From positions 1,446 through 65,445 of the forward strand of contig JABACC010000007.1 in NCBI GenBank assembly GCA_014237915.1: DNA of 64,000 nt. The letters run 5' to 3'. This document shows positions 1 to 10,173 of this stretch, one piece after another. The DNA comes from Candidatus Paceibacter sp. Its GTDB lineage: Bacteria > Patescibacteriota > Minisyncoccia > Phycocordibacterales > GCA-2747955. Both the position numbers and the translations under genes were made by a program. Numbering within the stretch: position 1 is the stretch's first letter; every line of letters begins with the position of its first letter. The notes under the pieces are model-generated. The model was not told the DNA's origin, did no database searches, and saw only the letters and a program-made list of their open reading frames with translations.

Positions 1-500
1 TTTAGTTTTTTAACTTAAATTCTTCGCTGAGAAATTTCGTTTTTTGAGTGAAAAATTTTTGTTGGCAACAAAGAAGCTGTTGCAGGTTTTATTTTTCCAC
101 CCACACAGGAACTCCGTGGTTTAAAAGAAAATCTTCTTTTTCGTCTTAAAGGCAAGAACCCATTAATTTCTTTTAATAAAGTAATTTCTTTCAACATAAA
201 AAGCAACAATATTTTCATTTTACAAACTCCTTTCTTGATTTGAATTTTTAATTTTCTACCTATTTTTTTTAGATTTAAAAAAAATAGGAATATAAAAATA
301 TAAAAATAATACGAAAATAAGTGAATATAAATATACCCCTTCTTCGAGAGTATTAATTTGTTGTTCTATCATTTTAGACTCCTTTTGTTTAATTTTAATG
401 AGAGACTTAATCTAAATTTAATTTTAGTAAATTTTATTAAAAAGTCAAGATTTATTTTTTATTTTTAGTGAAAAAAAATGGCTCGTGATATAATTTTTCT

Positions 501-2348
501 ATGTTAAAAAAAGAATACAAAGTAGCCGTGGGAGGAAAAGAAATAATTTTTGAAACAAATGATTTAAATGTTTTTTCCGACTCCTCAATTTTAGTTTCTT
601 CAGAAGGAACAAAAGTTTTAATAAACATAACAATTTCAAAAGAAGAATCGCGGCTAGACTACTTGCCTTTAAAAGTGGAATATTTAGAAAAATTTTATGC
701 TCGGGGAGAAATTTTGGGCGGAAAATACAACAAAAGAGAGGGAAAGCCTTCAGAAGAAGCAAGCTTAACAGCAAGAGCTGTTGATAGATCAGTGAGACCT
801 TTTTTTCCTAAAAATTTTAGACACGATGTAAATATTTTTGTAACCACTCTTGCTTTGGGAAAAACTGATCCAGATATTTTAGCTTTAAACGGAGCTTCTG
901 TTGCACTTTTAAATTCTTCAATTTCTTGGAATGGCCCAGTTTTTTCTTTTAGAATTGCAAGAGATAAAGAAAATAATTTTGAGCTAAACCCAAATTATGA
1001 TTTTTATCAAAACGAAAAAAATTTATACGAAGCCACAATCTCTTTTAGAGAAAATAAAATTTGTATGGTGGAGCTTGAAGGGGAAGAAGTTTTGGAAGAT
1101 TTTTTAAAAGAAGATATTAAAAAAGCTGAGGCTGAAATTTTTACTTTAGAAAAAGTTTTTTCAGAAATTCATCAAGAAAATAAAAAAGATAAAATTAAAA
1201 CCGAAGAAGAGGAATTAAAAATTTCAAAAGACAAAATTGAAACTTTGGAGAAAAAAATTTTTGAAGCTTTTCCTCAAAATGGAAAAGAAGAATTTATTAA
1301 AAAATTTTATTTAGAAAATAAATCTTTGTTTCATGTTTTTGACGATGAATATTTGCCAGAAAAAAAAGCTTTAAATTTAATAGAAAAATTTGTTAAAAAA
1401 TCTTTAAGAAAAAATGTTTTGGAAAACAAAAAAAGAATTGACGGAAGGAGTTTGGGCGAGGTTAGAAAAATTTTTGCTCAAGCTGGAGGTTTTTCTGAAA
1501 ATTTGCACGGAAGCGGAATTTTTTACAGAGGAGACACAAGGGTTTTTTCTGTTTTAACTTTAGGCTCTTTAGACGATGCGCTTTTTATTGACGGAATGGA
1601 AATTCAGGCTGAGAAAAATTTTATTCATCATTATAATTTTTTGCCTTTTACTGTGGGAGAAACAGGAAGAGTGGGCTCGCCAAAAAGAAGAGAAATTGGC
1701 CACGGAGCTTTAGCAGAAAAAGCTTTTTTAAGAATGATTCCAAACAGAGACGAATTTCCTTACACAATGAGAGTTGTTTCAGAGGTAATGAGCTCGGCAG
1801 GATCCACCTCAATGGCCTCTGTGTGCGCCACAACACTTGCTCTTTTAAACGGAGGAGTTTCTCTTAAAAAACTTGTGGCAGGAGTGGGAATTGGCCTTGT
1901 GGAAGAGGGTGAAAATTACGAGCTTTTAACTGATATTTTAGGAACGGAAGATTTTTATGGAGATATGGATTTTAAAATAGCGGGAACAGACACAGGAATA
2001 AACGCTATTCAGCTTGATATAAAAAACTTGGGGCTTTCTTTTGAAATTTTCCAAAAAGCTTTGGAAAAAGCTAAAACTGCTCGAGAAGAAATTTTGGAAA
2101 AAATAAAAAATGAAATTTCAGAGCCTGCAGAAATTTCAGAAAAAGTTGAAAGAGTAGAAAAAATGGAAATTCCAAAAGAAAAAATTGGGCTTGTTATTGG
2201 CACTGGTGGTGCAACAATTAAAAAAATTACAAAAAACTCGGGAGCCAGAATAAATATAAAAAGAGACGGACAAGCTTTTTTTTACGGAAAGATAGAAAAT
2301 ATTAAAAAAGCCAAAGAAGAAATTGAAAAAATTTTAAATAGAGATTAG
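501..2348 (+). CDS. pnp: Polynucleotide phosphorylase (PNPase). Two RNase PH domains plus KH; no S1 domain visible at the C-terminus.
   Basis: 615-aa ORF. Duplicated RNase PH cores, central alpha-helical linker, C-terminal KH motif (IGLVIGTGGATIKKIT). The protein ends about 30 aa after the KH domain. Confidence 0.88.
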   Translation: MLKKEYKVAVGGKEIIFETNDLNVFSDSSILVSSEGTKVLINITISKEESRLDYLPLKVEYLEKFYARGEILGGKYNKREGKPSEEASLTARAVDRSVRPFFPKNFRHDVNIFVTTLALGKTDPDILALNGASVALLNSSISWNGPVFSFRIARDKENNFELNPNYDFYQNEKNLYEATISFRENKICMVELEGEEVLEDFLKEDIKKAEAEIFTLEKVFSEIHQENKKDKIKTEEEELKISKDKIETLEKKIFEAFPQNGKEEFIKKFYLENKSLFHVFDDEYLPEKKALNLIEKFVKKSLRKNVLENKKRIDGRSLGEVRKIFAQAGGFSENLHGSGIFYRGDTRVFSVLTLGSLDDALFIDGMEIQAEKNFIHHYNFLPFTVGETGRVGSPKRREIGHGALAEKAFLRMIPNRDEFPYTMRVVSEVMSSAGSTSMASVCATTLALLNGGVSLKKLVAGVGIGLVEEGENYELLTDILGTEDFYGDMDFKIAGTDTGINAIQLDIKNLGLSFEIFQKALEKAKTAREEILEKIKNEISEPAEISEKVERVEKMEIPKEKIGLVIGTGGATIKKITKNSGARINIKRDGQAFFYGKIENIKKAKEEIEKILNRD

Positions 2349-2377
2349 AAATAGTTTTAAATATTTTTAAAAATTAG

Positions 2378-2420
2378 GAGTCAAAAAAACAAAAGCGAAG
2401 CTTTTGTTTTTTTGACTCCT
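2378..2420 (+). terminator. Intrinsic terminator hairpin after pnp
   Basis: Perfect inverted repeat aggagtcaaaaaaacaaaag-cgaagc-ttttgtttttttgactcct followed by a T-rich run. Confidence 0.5.
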
Positions 2421-2537
2421 AATTTTTTGGTTTTTGGTTTTCTTTTTTGGCGGATTTTGCGAAGCAAAATCCGCCAAAAAATTTAATTATTTTTTAAATT
2501 TAAAAAATTTTAATACTTTGTGTTAAAATGTTGAACA

Positions 2538-4034
2538 ATGTCAAAAAACTCTACACAAGAAAATATAAAAAAAAGATCTCCCGTTGTTTCTGTTATGGGG
2601 CATGTTGATCACGGAAAATCTTCTCTTTTAGACTACATAAGAAAAACTAATATTGTAGAAAAAGAAGCAGGAGGAATTACTCAGCATTTATCAGCCTATG
2701 AAGTGGAGCACAAAGGAGAGAAAATAACTTTTTTAGATATTCCGGGGCACGAAGCTTTTTCTGCGGTTAAAAAAAGAGGAGCTTCTGTGGCCGACCTTGT
2801 TATTTTAATTGTTTCAGCCACTGAAGGAGTAAAAGACCAAACCGTTTCAGCTATTGAATTTATTAAAGAATCAAAAACTCCGTTTTTGGTAGCTTTTACA
2901 AAAATCGATCTTCCCAACAAAGATGTAGAAAAAGCCAAACTTTCACTTTTAGAAAAAGAAGTTTATTTAGAGGGAATGGGAGGAGACGTTTCTTATACAG
3001 AAATTTCTTCAAAAACAGGAGAAGGAATTGAAAATCTTTTAGAACTTGTTTCTTTAAAAGCTGAAGTTGAAAATTTTACGGCAAATTTTGAAAAAAAAGC
3101 CACAGGTTTTGTTTTAGAAGCTCACAAAAATCCAAAAGTTGGAATTTCAGCCACACTTTTAATAAAAGAAGGAACTTTAAATGTGGGAGATTATATTGTT
3201 TCTGGAAAAACTTTTGTTTCTGTAAAAAGAATTGAAAATTCTTTAAACGAATCGATAAAAGAAGCCTCTGCTTCTTCACCTGTTTTAATTTCTGGTTTTC
3301 AAGAATTACCGCTTTCAGGCTCAGAGTTTTATACTTTTTCTTCAAAAAAAGAAGCAGAAAAATTTATTGAAGAAATGGAAGAAGCCGGCCTTGTGGAAGA
3401 GGCAGAAGATTTTTCATTAAAAAATTCCAAAAACTTTTTCCCGCTCATTGTAAAAGCAGATGTTTCAGGATCTTTGGAAGCTATAAAATCAGAGCTTAAA
3501 AAAATTACCGACGAAAGATCAGAATTTAAAATAATAGAAGAAGGCACGGGAAATATTTCAGAGTCGGACTTAAAAAAAGCAGGAGCAAAATCTTCTGTTA
3601 CGGTGGTTGGCTTTGGAGTAAAAGAAGAATCTTCAGCAAAAAATTTAGCTGAGATATTTGATATAGAAATTAAAACTTTTAATATAATTTATGAGCTTTC
3701 AGAATATTTACAAAAAAGGTTAAAAGAGCTCACACCAAAAGAAAGAATTGAAAAAGAGGTTGCAAAAGCTAAAGTTTTAAAAATTTTTTCTTGGGACAAA
3801 AAAGGCGGAGTTGTGGGAGGAGAAGTTCTTTCTGGTGAAATTTTTAGCGATTCTTTTTTCAAAATAGAAAGAAGAGGGCAGTTTTTAGAAACTGGAAAAA
3901 TTTTACAATTACAATCTGGAAAGAAAAAAGCAAGCTCCGTAAAAGAAGGAGTGCAGTTTGGGGTGGAAATTTTAACAAAAAACGAGTTAATGGAAGGAGA
4001 TATTTTAGTGGCTTTTAAAATTGAAGAAATTTAA
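2538..4034 (+). CDS. infB: Translation initiation factor IF-2 (compact form lacking the long N-terminal domain)
   Basis: G-domain motifs VVSVMGHVDHGKSSLLD, DIPGHEAF and TKID near the N-terminus; C-terminal IF2 beta-barrel domains. Sits in the conserved pnp/infB/rbfA neighbourhood. Confidence 0.88.
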   Translation: MSKNSTQENIKKRSPVVSVMGHVDHGKSSLLDYIRKTNIVEKEAGGITQHLSAYEVEHKGEKITFLDIPGHEAFSAVKKRGASVADLVILIVSATEGVKDQTVSAIEFIKESKTPFLVAFTKIDLPNKDVEKAKLSLLEKEVYLEGMGGDVSYTEISSKTGEGIENLLELVSLKAEVENFTANFEKKATGFVLEAHKNPKVGISATLLIKEGTLNVGDYIVSGKTFVSVKRIENSLNESIKEASASSPVLISGFQELPLSGSEFYTFSSKKEAEKFIEEMEEAGLVEEAEDFSLKNSKNFFPLIVKADVSGSLEAIKSELKKITDERSEFKIIEEGTGNISESDLKKAGAKSSVTVVGFGVKEESSAKNLAEIFDIEIKTFNIIYELSEYLQKRLKELTPKERIEKEVAKAKVLKIFSWDKKGGVVGGEVLSGEIFSDSFFKIERRGQFLETGKILQLQSGKKKASSVKEGVQFGVEILTKNELMEGDILVAFKIEEI

Positions 4035-4037
4035 TTT

Positions 4038-4361
4038 ATGTCAGAAAGGTTAGATAAAGTTTCAAAACTTATTAAAAAAAATGCTGGGGATTTTATCTCT
4101 CAGCAAAACAATAAAACGAGTCTTATTAGCATTACTAGAGTTGATGTTTCAAAGGATTTAAAAAATTCAAATATTTATATTTCTGTTTTTCCTGAAAAAT
4201 CAGAAGAGTCTGCTCTAAATTTTTTAAAAAGAAAAAGAAAAGATTTTAGAGATTTTTTTAAAGCTAATTCAAAAATTAGAATTGTGCCATTTTTTGATTT
4301 TGTTGTAGATGCGGGAGAGAAAAACAGAATTTTAGTGGAAGAGATTTTAAGAAAAAAATAA
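4038..4361 (+). CDS. rbfA: Ribosome-binding factor A
   Basis: 107 aa. Starts 3 nt after the infB stop. RbfA-like pattern (V..V..S.DL..A..Y.S) and classic infB-rbfA synteny. Confidence 0.65.
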   Translation: MSERLDKVSKLIKKNAGDFISQQNNKTSLISITRVDVSKDLKNSNIYISVFPEKSEESALNFLKRKRKDFRDFFKANSKIRIVPFFDFVVDAGEKNRILVEEILRKK

Positions 4362-4426
4362 AAAAGCCCTAAAAGGCTTTTGCGAAGGCTCGAGGCAAAA
4401 CCCTCGAGCCAAAAATATTTTTTGAT

Positions 4427-4609
4427 TTAGGTTTTGAAAAAATATTGTTCAAGTTTTTTCAGAGCCTTCCAGAACGTCACTACAGCAAGGGTCCCAATAA
4501 TAACCCAGAACCATATAATAGACGCAAAGTGGGAAAAAGTTATCCCCACTAATAATTGAAACTCGGAACTAAAAAATGAAAATATTTCCATTTTTTTATC
4601 CTTTCTCAC
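4427..4609 (-). CDS. Small hydrophobic protein (hypothetical)
   Basis: 60-aa ORF with one or two predicted TM helices. No recognisable motif. Confidence 0.2.
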   Translation of the reverse strand: MRKDKKMEIFSFFSSEFQLLVGITFSHFASIIWFWVIIGTLAVVTFWKALKKLEQYFFKT

Positions 4610-4727
4610 AGTTTGTTCCCCGCTATTTTAATTATATTATTTTTTTTAAAAAAGTCAAAGAAAATATTTACTTTTTCCACAACTTTTCCAATTTTTATTT
4701 AAAAAAAAACCATCAAGTTTTGCAAGT

Positions 4728-4770
4728 TTTTTTGAGTGGATTTTGCTGAAGGCAAAATCCACTCAAAAAA
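4728..4770. terminator. Palindromic GNRA-loop hairpin (family member 2), probable bidirectional terminator
   Basis: tttttttgagtggattttgc-tgaag-gcaaaatccactcaaaaaa. T-run upstream and A-run downstream make the whole element palindromic. Confidence 0.45.
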
Positions 4771-4783
4771 TATAAAAATAAAT

Positions 4784-5047
4784 TTAATTTTTAAGAGAGT
4801 TTAAAAGATTTAATTTTTCTTCCCTTTCAAGATCTGTTAAAGTTTTTTTTTCTTCTTGTAAATTTTCCAAAACTTCTTTTTTTTCTGTTTTTGTTTTTGG
4901 AATAAAAACTTCTTCTGTTTTTTCAACCACCCCTTCGACAATTTCTTTTTTTTCTACCTTTAAATCAAAATTAATAAAAAAAATAGAAAGAACTATTAAT
5001 ATAAAAAGTATTATAAAAAAAATATAAATTATTTTTCTTCTATGCAT
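4784..5047 (-). CDS. Hypothetical membrane-anchored protein (C-terminal coiled-coil, charged)
   Basis: 87 aa. N-terminal TM helix followed by a K/E-rich segment. Confidence 0.3.
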   Translation of the reverse strand: MHRRKIIYIFFIILFILIVLSIFFINFDLKVEKKEIVEGVVEKTEEVFIPKTKTEKKEVLENLQEEKKTLTDLEREEKLNLLNSLKN

Positions 5048-5100
5048 AATTTTATTATATAGAAAAAATCTTTTTTTTAAAGCCGTGTTAAAATTAGTTT

Positions 5101-5580
5101 ATGAAAATAATTTCAATTGACCCTGGATATGAAAGAATGGGTGTGGCGGTTTTGGAAAAAAAAGATGGAGTTGAAAAACTTTTATTTTCAGAAACTTTAC
5201 AAACAGATCCAAAAAAAATTTTTCCAGAAAGGCTTTTTGAGCTTGCCGAAGAAGTTGAAAAAATTATTAAAAAATTTAAAGTAGAGGTTTTGGTTTTAGA
5301 AAAAGTTTTTTTTAATAAAAATACAAAAACTTCAGGAAATATTTCAGAAATTAAAGGGGTTTTAACATATTTAGCTTTTTCAAATAAATTAGATTTTTTT
5401 GAATACACTCCGCTTGAGATAAAAACTGCTGTTTGTGGATATGGAAGAGCCGACAAAAAACAAGTTATTTTTATGGTTGAAAAACTTATAAAAATTGAAA
5501 AAAAAATAAAATACGATGATGAGTACGATGCCGTAGCTTGTGGTTTGACTTTTTTTGCTCGAGAAAAAATAAAAAAATAA
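5101..5580 (+). CDS. ruvC: Crossover junction endodeoxyribonuclease RuvC (Holliday junction resolvase)
   Basis: MKIISIDPGYERMGVAVLE N-terminus (RNase H-fold catalytic Asp). Size 159 aa. Conserved acidic residues. Confidence 0.8.
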   Translation: MKIISIDPGYERMGVAVLEKKDGVEKLLFSETLQTDPKKIFPERLFELAEEVEKIIKKFKVEVLVLEKVFFNKNTKTSGNISEIKGVLTYLAFSNKLDFFEYTPLEIKTAVCGYGRADKKQVIFMVEKLIKIEKKIKYDDEYDAVACGLTFFAREKIKK

Positions 5581-5610
5581 GCCCAAATATGTTAAAATTT
5601 AATAAATTTT

Positions 5611-8187
5611 ATGTTAAGAATAGTCAAGAAAATTTTTAATAAAAGAAATCTTTTAAATATTGGTATTTTTGTTTTATTTTTAATCTTCCCTGTTTTTACA
5701 TTAAGCGCAGATTGGGTGATGAGTATTTTAATTGAACTTTTAGGTTTAATTAACTCTCTAACTAATTTAATACTATCTGCTTCTGCTTATATTTTTGACA
5801 ATCTCCTCGCTCTCTCTATAGGATCAACACTTTTTAGTGATGGTGCAGTACTTGAGGCTTGGGGAGAGGTTAGGGATTTGGCAAACATTCTTTTTATAGT
5901 TGGAATTATTCTGATTTCTTTTTCTTACTTAACAAATCATCAAATAGGAGTAAAAAAAAATATGATGGCTCATCTTATAATACTTGCCCTTGTTATAAAT
6001 TTCTCTTTTTTTATTTCAAGAGTAATTATTGATGCTGGAAATATTACAGCCCTTGTAATGTATGATGGAATTTCAGCCCCAATAAGCCAAACCCCTGAAG
6101 ATAGATATAGATTTTTTTCTGATGTTATAAGCGGAAACATTTTAGTAGATAAAGGTTCTAACTGTAGTAAAACAGAAAAAAACCCTAAAAGTTGTGCTAA
6201 GAGTATTTCTGGGGCATTTGTTAATTATTCTGGCTTAAATAAATTTTCTTCTGCAGCAGGGTTTTCTGCAGGGGAAGAGGGTGTCAAAATAGAGACAAGA
6301 CTTTTTCTTGTTTTGATGTCTAGCATTATCTTATCTATTATTTTAGCTAAATCTTTATTTATGGCAGGATTTATGTTTTTAAACAGGCTAATTTGGCTTG
6401 TAATTTATACAATAATTTCTCCTTTAGCTTTTATGTCTTGGCTGCTTCCGAGTATGGGTGGATATTTATCAAGCGGATCATTATCAAAATGGTTTCAAGG
6501 TTTTATTAATAAATCTTTTTGTATAACAATATACCTTTTATTATTGTGGATAGTTTTTAAAATCTTAGCATCTTTTAACAAAGCTCTTGCTAGCGCCAAT
6601 AACAACAAAGGTTTTTTGGAATTATTAATAGGATTTATTTTGCAGGTTATTGTCACATTTGTTCTTTTTGAGATTGTTAATAGGTATGGTTCTAAATTTT
6701 GCGAAGATGGAGAATCTACCTTTGGAAAAATTATAGGAGGAGTTACTAGTGTGGCAACCTCAGCACTACCAGTAGCAGGAGGAGCTGCAAGAATAGCTTC
6801 AGGAGCCTTAGGAAGGGGGCTTGCTGGAAAAGCTGCTGGAAGATTGGCTTCAAGCAATAACAGAGCTGCTAGATTTTTAGGTGAAAACGCTCTTTTGGGA
6901 AGTGATAAATTAAAAAATGTAAAAATAGCTGGAGCTTCTTATAATGACAAAATTACTGACGAGAAAAAAAGAGATGCAAAAATTGAAGAAATACTTTCTA
7001 AAGGAACAGGTGGTGATAAAAATGTTTTCAACAGAAGACTTGCAACCGGTGGAGGAATCGAAAAGTTTGCTTCAAATAGAGAAGGGGTAAAACTTCAAGA
7101 AATAAAAGAAGAAAAAACAAGAGAAGGTTTTGATAATCTTCAAAGTAGTAAAGATTTAGACAACAAGAAAAAAGATCAAAAGACTTTAAATACAAATATT
7201 TTAGGAATAGATGGAGATTTAAAATTATTTTCTGATTTAAGAGAAGCTGAGTCAGAAGTACAGACACAGAGAAATTTAGCTGGAGCAGACGCAACTATTA
7301 AGGGAACATCTGGTTATGAAAATGTTCAAAAAGCTGAAAATAAAAAAACAGATCTTGAGGATAAGATGACCAATCTAGGTATTGAAGAGGCAGATCTTGA
7401 AACTAAGAAAACAGAGCTTGAGAAGAAAAAATCATATATTGAGAAAGAAATTTCAAATCTGGAAAACATAAACACAGAAGAAAAAGAACAAACGAGAGAA
7501 AAAATAGAGGAAGAAGCTAAAGTATCAACAATAGAAGAAGCGGACGCAGAAGATCTTAAAGATGGAACAATCTTAGATGTTCCAAAAGATAACCCACTTA
7601 GCTTCCTTAGAGACAGGGCTGAAAGAGAAAGACTAAGAGACCTTAATAAGGAAAAAGAAAAAGGTGCTGATTTTCTTTTAGACACAGAATCAAGAAAAGG
7701 AGGAAGATATTTAGATAAGTTTAAAGATAGAATTTTAAATTCTGGAGAAGCAGGAATAGAAGGAGCCTTAAAATCTGCTTTAAATGATACAACCAAAGAA
7801 ATTGAAGATTTAACTTATATTTCAAGAGGAGAATCAGACCAAACTCAAAAAATTCTTCGAAGCATTTCTGATAAATTATCAAAAAGCCAAACAGAAGCTT
7901 TTGAAAATGTATCTAATTTTAGAGAAAATATTGAAGACAGAAAAGCTCAAAAAACACAAGCTTTAAGTGATGGAAAAATAGATAAGGCTAAAGATTTAGA
8001 TAAAGAAATTAAGGTTTATGAAAACAGTATTGACGACATTTGGAAAGATTCTGGGTTAGATAAAATTGTTTCCGAAACAATTAACCAAGCAAAAGATAAT
8101 TTAAAAGAATCATTTGAAAAAGCAAAAAAAGATATTAAAAATTCTGCAGATAAAAAAGCAAAAAAAGAAAAAGAAGCAAAAGATTAA
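5611..8187 (+). CDS. Polytopic membrane protein with a long C-terminal charged coiled-coil region; VirB6/TrbL-like candidate
   Basis: 858 aa. Signal/anchor then about 6 TM helices in the first roughly 350 aa. Gly/Ala-rich linker (GGAARIASGALGRGLAGKAAGRLAS). Roughly 450-aa K/E/D-rich coiled-coil tail. Architecture resembles TrbL/VirB6 proteins with hydrophilic C-terminal extensions. Confidence 0.4.
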   Translation: MLRIVKKIFNKRNLLNIGIFVLFLIFPVFTLSADWVMSILIELLGLINSLTNLILSASAYIFDNLLALSIGSTLFSDGAVLEAWGEVRDLANILFIVGIILISFSYLTNHQIGVKKNMMAHLIILALVINFSFFISRVIIDAGNITALVMYDGISAPISQTPEDRYRFFSDVISGNILVDKGSNCSKTEKNPKSCAKSISGAFVNYSGLNKFSSAAGFSAGEEGVKIETRLFLVLMSSIILSIILAKSLFMAGFMFLNRLIWLVIYTIISPLAFMSWLLPSMGGYLSSGSLSKWFQGFINKSFCITIYLLLLWIVFKILASFNKALASANNNKGFLELLIGFILQVIVTFVLFEIVNRYGSKFCEDGESTFGKIIGGVTSVATSALPVAGGAARIASGALGRGLAGKAAGRLASSNNRAARFLGENALLGSDKLKNVKIAGASYNDKITDEKKRDAKIEEILSKGTGGDKNVFNRRLATGGGIEKFASNREGVKLQEIKEEKTREGFDNLQSSKDLDNKKKDQKTLNTNILGIDGDLKLFSDLREAESEVQTQRNLAGADATIKGTSGYENVQKAENKKTDLEDKMTNLGIEEADLETKKTELEKKKSYIEKEISNLENINTEEKEQTREKIEEEAKVSTIEEADAEDLKDGTILDVPKDNPLSFLRDRAERERLRDLNKEKEKGADFLLDTESRKGGRYLDKFKDRILNSGEAGIEGALKSALNDTTKEIEDLTYISRGESDQTQKILRSISDKLSKSQTEAFENVSNFRENIEDRKAQKTQALSDGKIDKAKDLDKEIKVYENSIDDIWKDSGLDKIVSETINQAKDNLKESFEKAKKDIKNSADKKAKKEKEAKD

Positions 8188-8288
8188 AAATAAAATTATT
8201 TTAAAAAAAATAAAAAATTTTTTTAGAAAATTTTTAATAAAAACAAACAAAATACTTATAAAGTATTTTTTTTGTTATAATATTTTTA

Positions 8289-9821
8289 ATGAGCTTTTCA
8301 AAAATTTATTCAACAGGTTTTTCTTCTCTAAAATCTTTTATTATTGAAATTGAAACAGATATTTCAAAAAAAGGTTTACCTTCTTTTAAAATTGTTGGCC
8401 TTGCCGACAAAGCTGTGGAAGAGTCAAGAGAAAGAGTTTTAACCGCGTTAAAAAATATCGGGTATCCAGAATTTAAAAGATGGAAAATTGTAACCTCCTT
8501 TTCTCCGGCCGATTTGAAAAAAGAAGGCCCTATTTTTGATTTAGGGATAGCAGTTTCTCTTTTAATGTCTGGAGAAGAAATAGACTTTTTAAATGAAGGA
8601 AAAATTTTCTTAGGCGAACTTTCTCTTGACGGAAGGGTAAAAAAAATCAAAGGTGTTTTGCCGATGATACGAGAAGCTAAAAAAAGAAATTTTACATCTA
8701 TTTATTTGCCAGAAAAAAATGCTCTTGAAGCTTCTTATGTTGAAGGAGTTAAAATTTTTCCTGTAAAAAATCTTAAAGAGCTTTTAGAACATTTAAATCA
8801 AGAAAAAAAAGAAAAAAAAGATATCAAAAAAATTATTTTTCCTTATAAAAAAAATGAAAATGAAAAAGAAGAAGAGAAAAGTTTTTCTTCCGAAGTTGAT
8901 TTTGAAGATATTAAGGGAAATGAATTTTCGAAAAGGGCAATTTTAATTGCAGCTTCGGGCGGACACAATCTTTCAATGTATGGAAGAGCGGGGGTGGGAA
9001 AAACAATGATGGCAAGAGCAATGTGTGGAATTTTACCAGAGCTTTCAAATGAAGAAGCTTTGGAGGTTTCTGAAATTTATTCTGTTTCTGGTCTTTTGGA
9101 GAAAAATATTATTAAAACTCCTCCTTTTTTTGCCCCGCACCATACTTCTTCTTATGTTTCGATTATTGGCGGCGGGGCTGACTTAAAACCCGGAGCAGTG
9201 ACACTTGCCCACAGAGGAATTTTGTTTATGGATGAGTTTCCAGAATTTGATAGAAGAGTTTTAGAGTCACTCAGAGAGCCTTTGGAAGACGGTTTTGTAA
9301 ATATTTCAAGAGCAAAAGGAAGTGTTTGTTTTCCAGCAAATTTTATTTTAGTAACTGCCTTTAATCCGCCAAGTGAAGTTTCAAGAGGGCAATATATAAA
9401 ACCATCAGAAATTGCAAAATTTCAGAAAAAAATTTCTGGCCCAATAATGGACAGAATTGATCTTTGGTGTGAGGTGGAAAAAGTTTCAGAGGAAAAACTT
9501 AGAGAAAACAAAAAAGGAGAAAACTCAAAAAATATAAAAGAAAAAGTAAAAAAAGCTAGAAAAATTCAAGAAAAAAGATTTGGAAAAACTGGGAAAACAA
9601 ACGCAAGCGCTAAACCAAAAGAAATTCAAGAAAATTTTTTTATAACAGAAAAATCCTACGAGCTTTTGGATGAGGCTTCAAAAAAAATGGATTTTTCATC
9701 AAGGGTTTATCACAAAATATTAAAAATAGCACGAACTTTGGCAGATCTTGAAGAGAAAAAAAACGTTGAAGAAAAACATATTTTAGAAGCTTTACAGTTT
9801 AGACCAAAAGAAATAATTTAA
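8289..9821 (+). CDS. comM: Mg-chelatase-like AAA+ ATPase, YifB/ComM family
   Basis: N-terminal Lon-protease-like domain (FKIVGLADKAVEESRERV). Walker A GRAGVGKTMMARA, Walker B ILFMDEFPEF. C-terminal Mg-chelatase subunit ChlI-type helical domain. Confidence 0.85.
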   Translation: MSFSKIYSTGFSSLKSFIIEIETDISKKGLPSFKIVGLADKAVEESRERVLTALKNIGYPEFKRWKIVTSFSPADLKKEGPIFDLGIAVSLLMSGEEIDFLNEGKIFLGELSLDGRVKKIKGVLPMIREAKKRNFTSIYLPEKNALEASYVEGVKIFPVKNLKELLEHLNQEKKEKKDIKKIIFPYKKNENEKEEEKSFSSEVDFEDIKGNEFSKRAILIAASGGHNLSMYGRAGVGKTMMARAMCGILPELSNEEALEVSEIYSVSGLLEKNIIKTPPFFAPHHTSSYVSIIGGGADLKPGAVTLAHRGILFMDEFPEFDRRVLESLREPLEDGFVNISRAKGSVCFPANFILVTAFNPPSEVSRGQYIKPSEIAKFQKKISGPIMDRIDLWCEVEKVSEEKLRENKKGENSKNIKEKVKKARKIQEKRFGKTGKTNASAKPKEIQENFFITEKSYELLDEASKKMDFSSRVYHKILKIARTLADLEEKKNVEEKHILEALQFRPKEII

Positions 9822-9980
9822 TTTTTTCTTGCATTTTTTATTTTTTACATAGAATATAAAAAAATTTGATCTTTTTAAAAAAAACAAGAAAGTAATATTT
9901 TTTTCGACCCTATCCTGTAAAAATATTAAACTTTCTTGTTTAGACAAGAAATAGTTAAGTCCTTGTATTTCTTGTCAAAC

Positions 9981-10024
9981 TAGCCCCTCTACTGAATTAT
10001 GAGTTTGGTGGAGGGGTTTTTATT
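9981..10024 (+). terminator. GC-rich hairpin + T-run (terminator-like) in the comM/ATPase intergenic region
   Basis: cccctctactgaattatgagtttggtggaggggtttttatttt. The GC-rich stem is unusual against the AT-rich background. Confidence 0.4.
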
Positions 10025-10173
10025 TTAATTTAAAAATATTTTTGATTTTTAAATTTTTAGTACAAAATAGCTGTGAGCAGAACTTACTTGTTTTGTTTTG
10101 CTCGGCGAGATGGTTTGAGATAAGATACTCACTATACCCCCCAATCAGCATCTTGAGCTGTCTCGTCACTACC

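Noticed and set aside
15-218. 67-aa minus-strand ORF at window start, with basic RRKRRFSFKPR segment
   Set aside because: No recognisable family. Could be spurious in the pnp upstream region. Insufficient evidence to call.
8114-8347. 77-aa K-rich ORF overlapping the end of the VirB6-like gene and the start of comM
   Set aside because: Low-complexity poly-Lys translation of an A-rich intergenic/3' region. Overlaps two better-supported genes.
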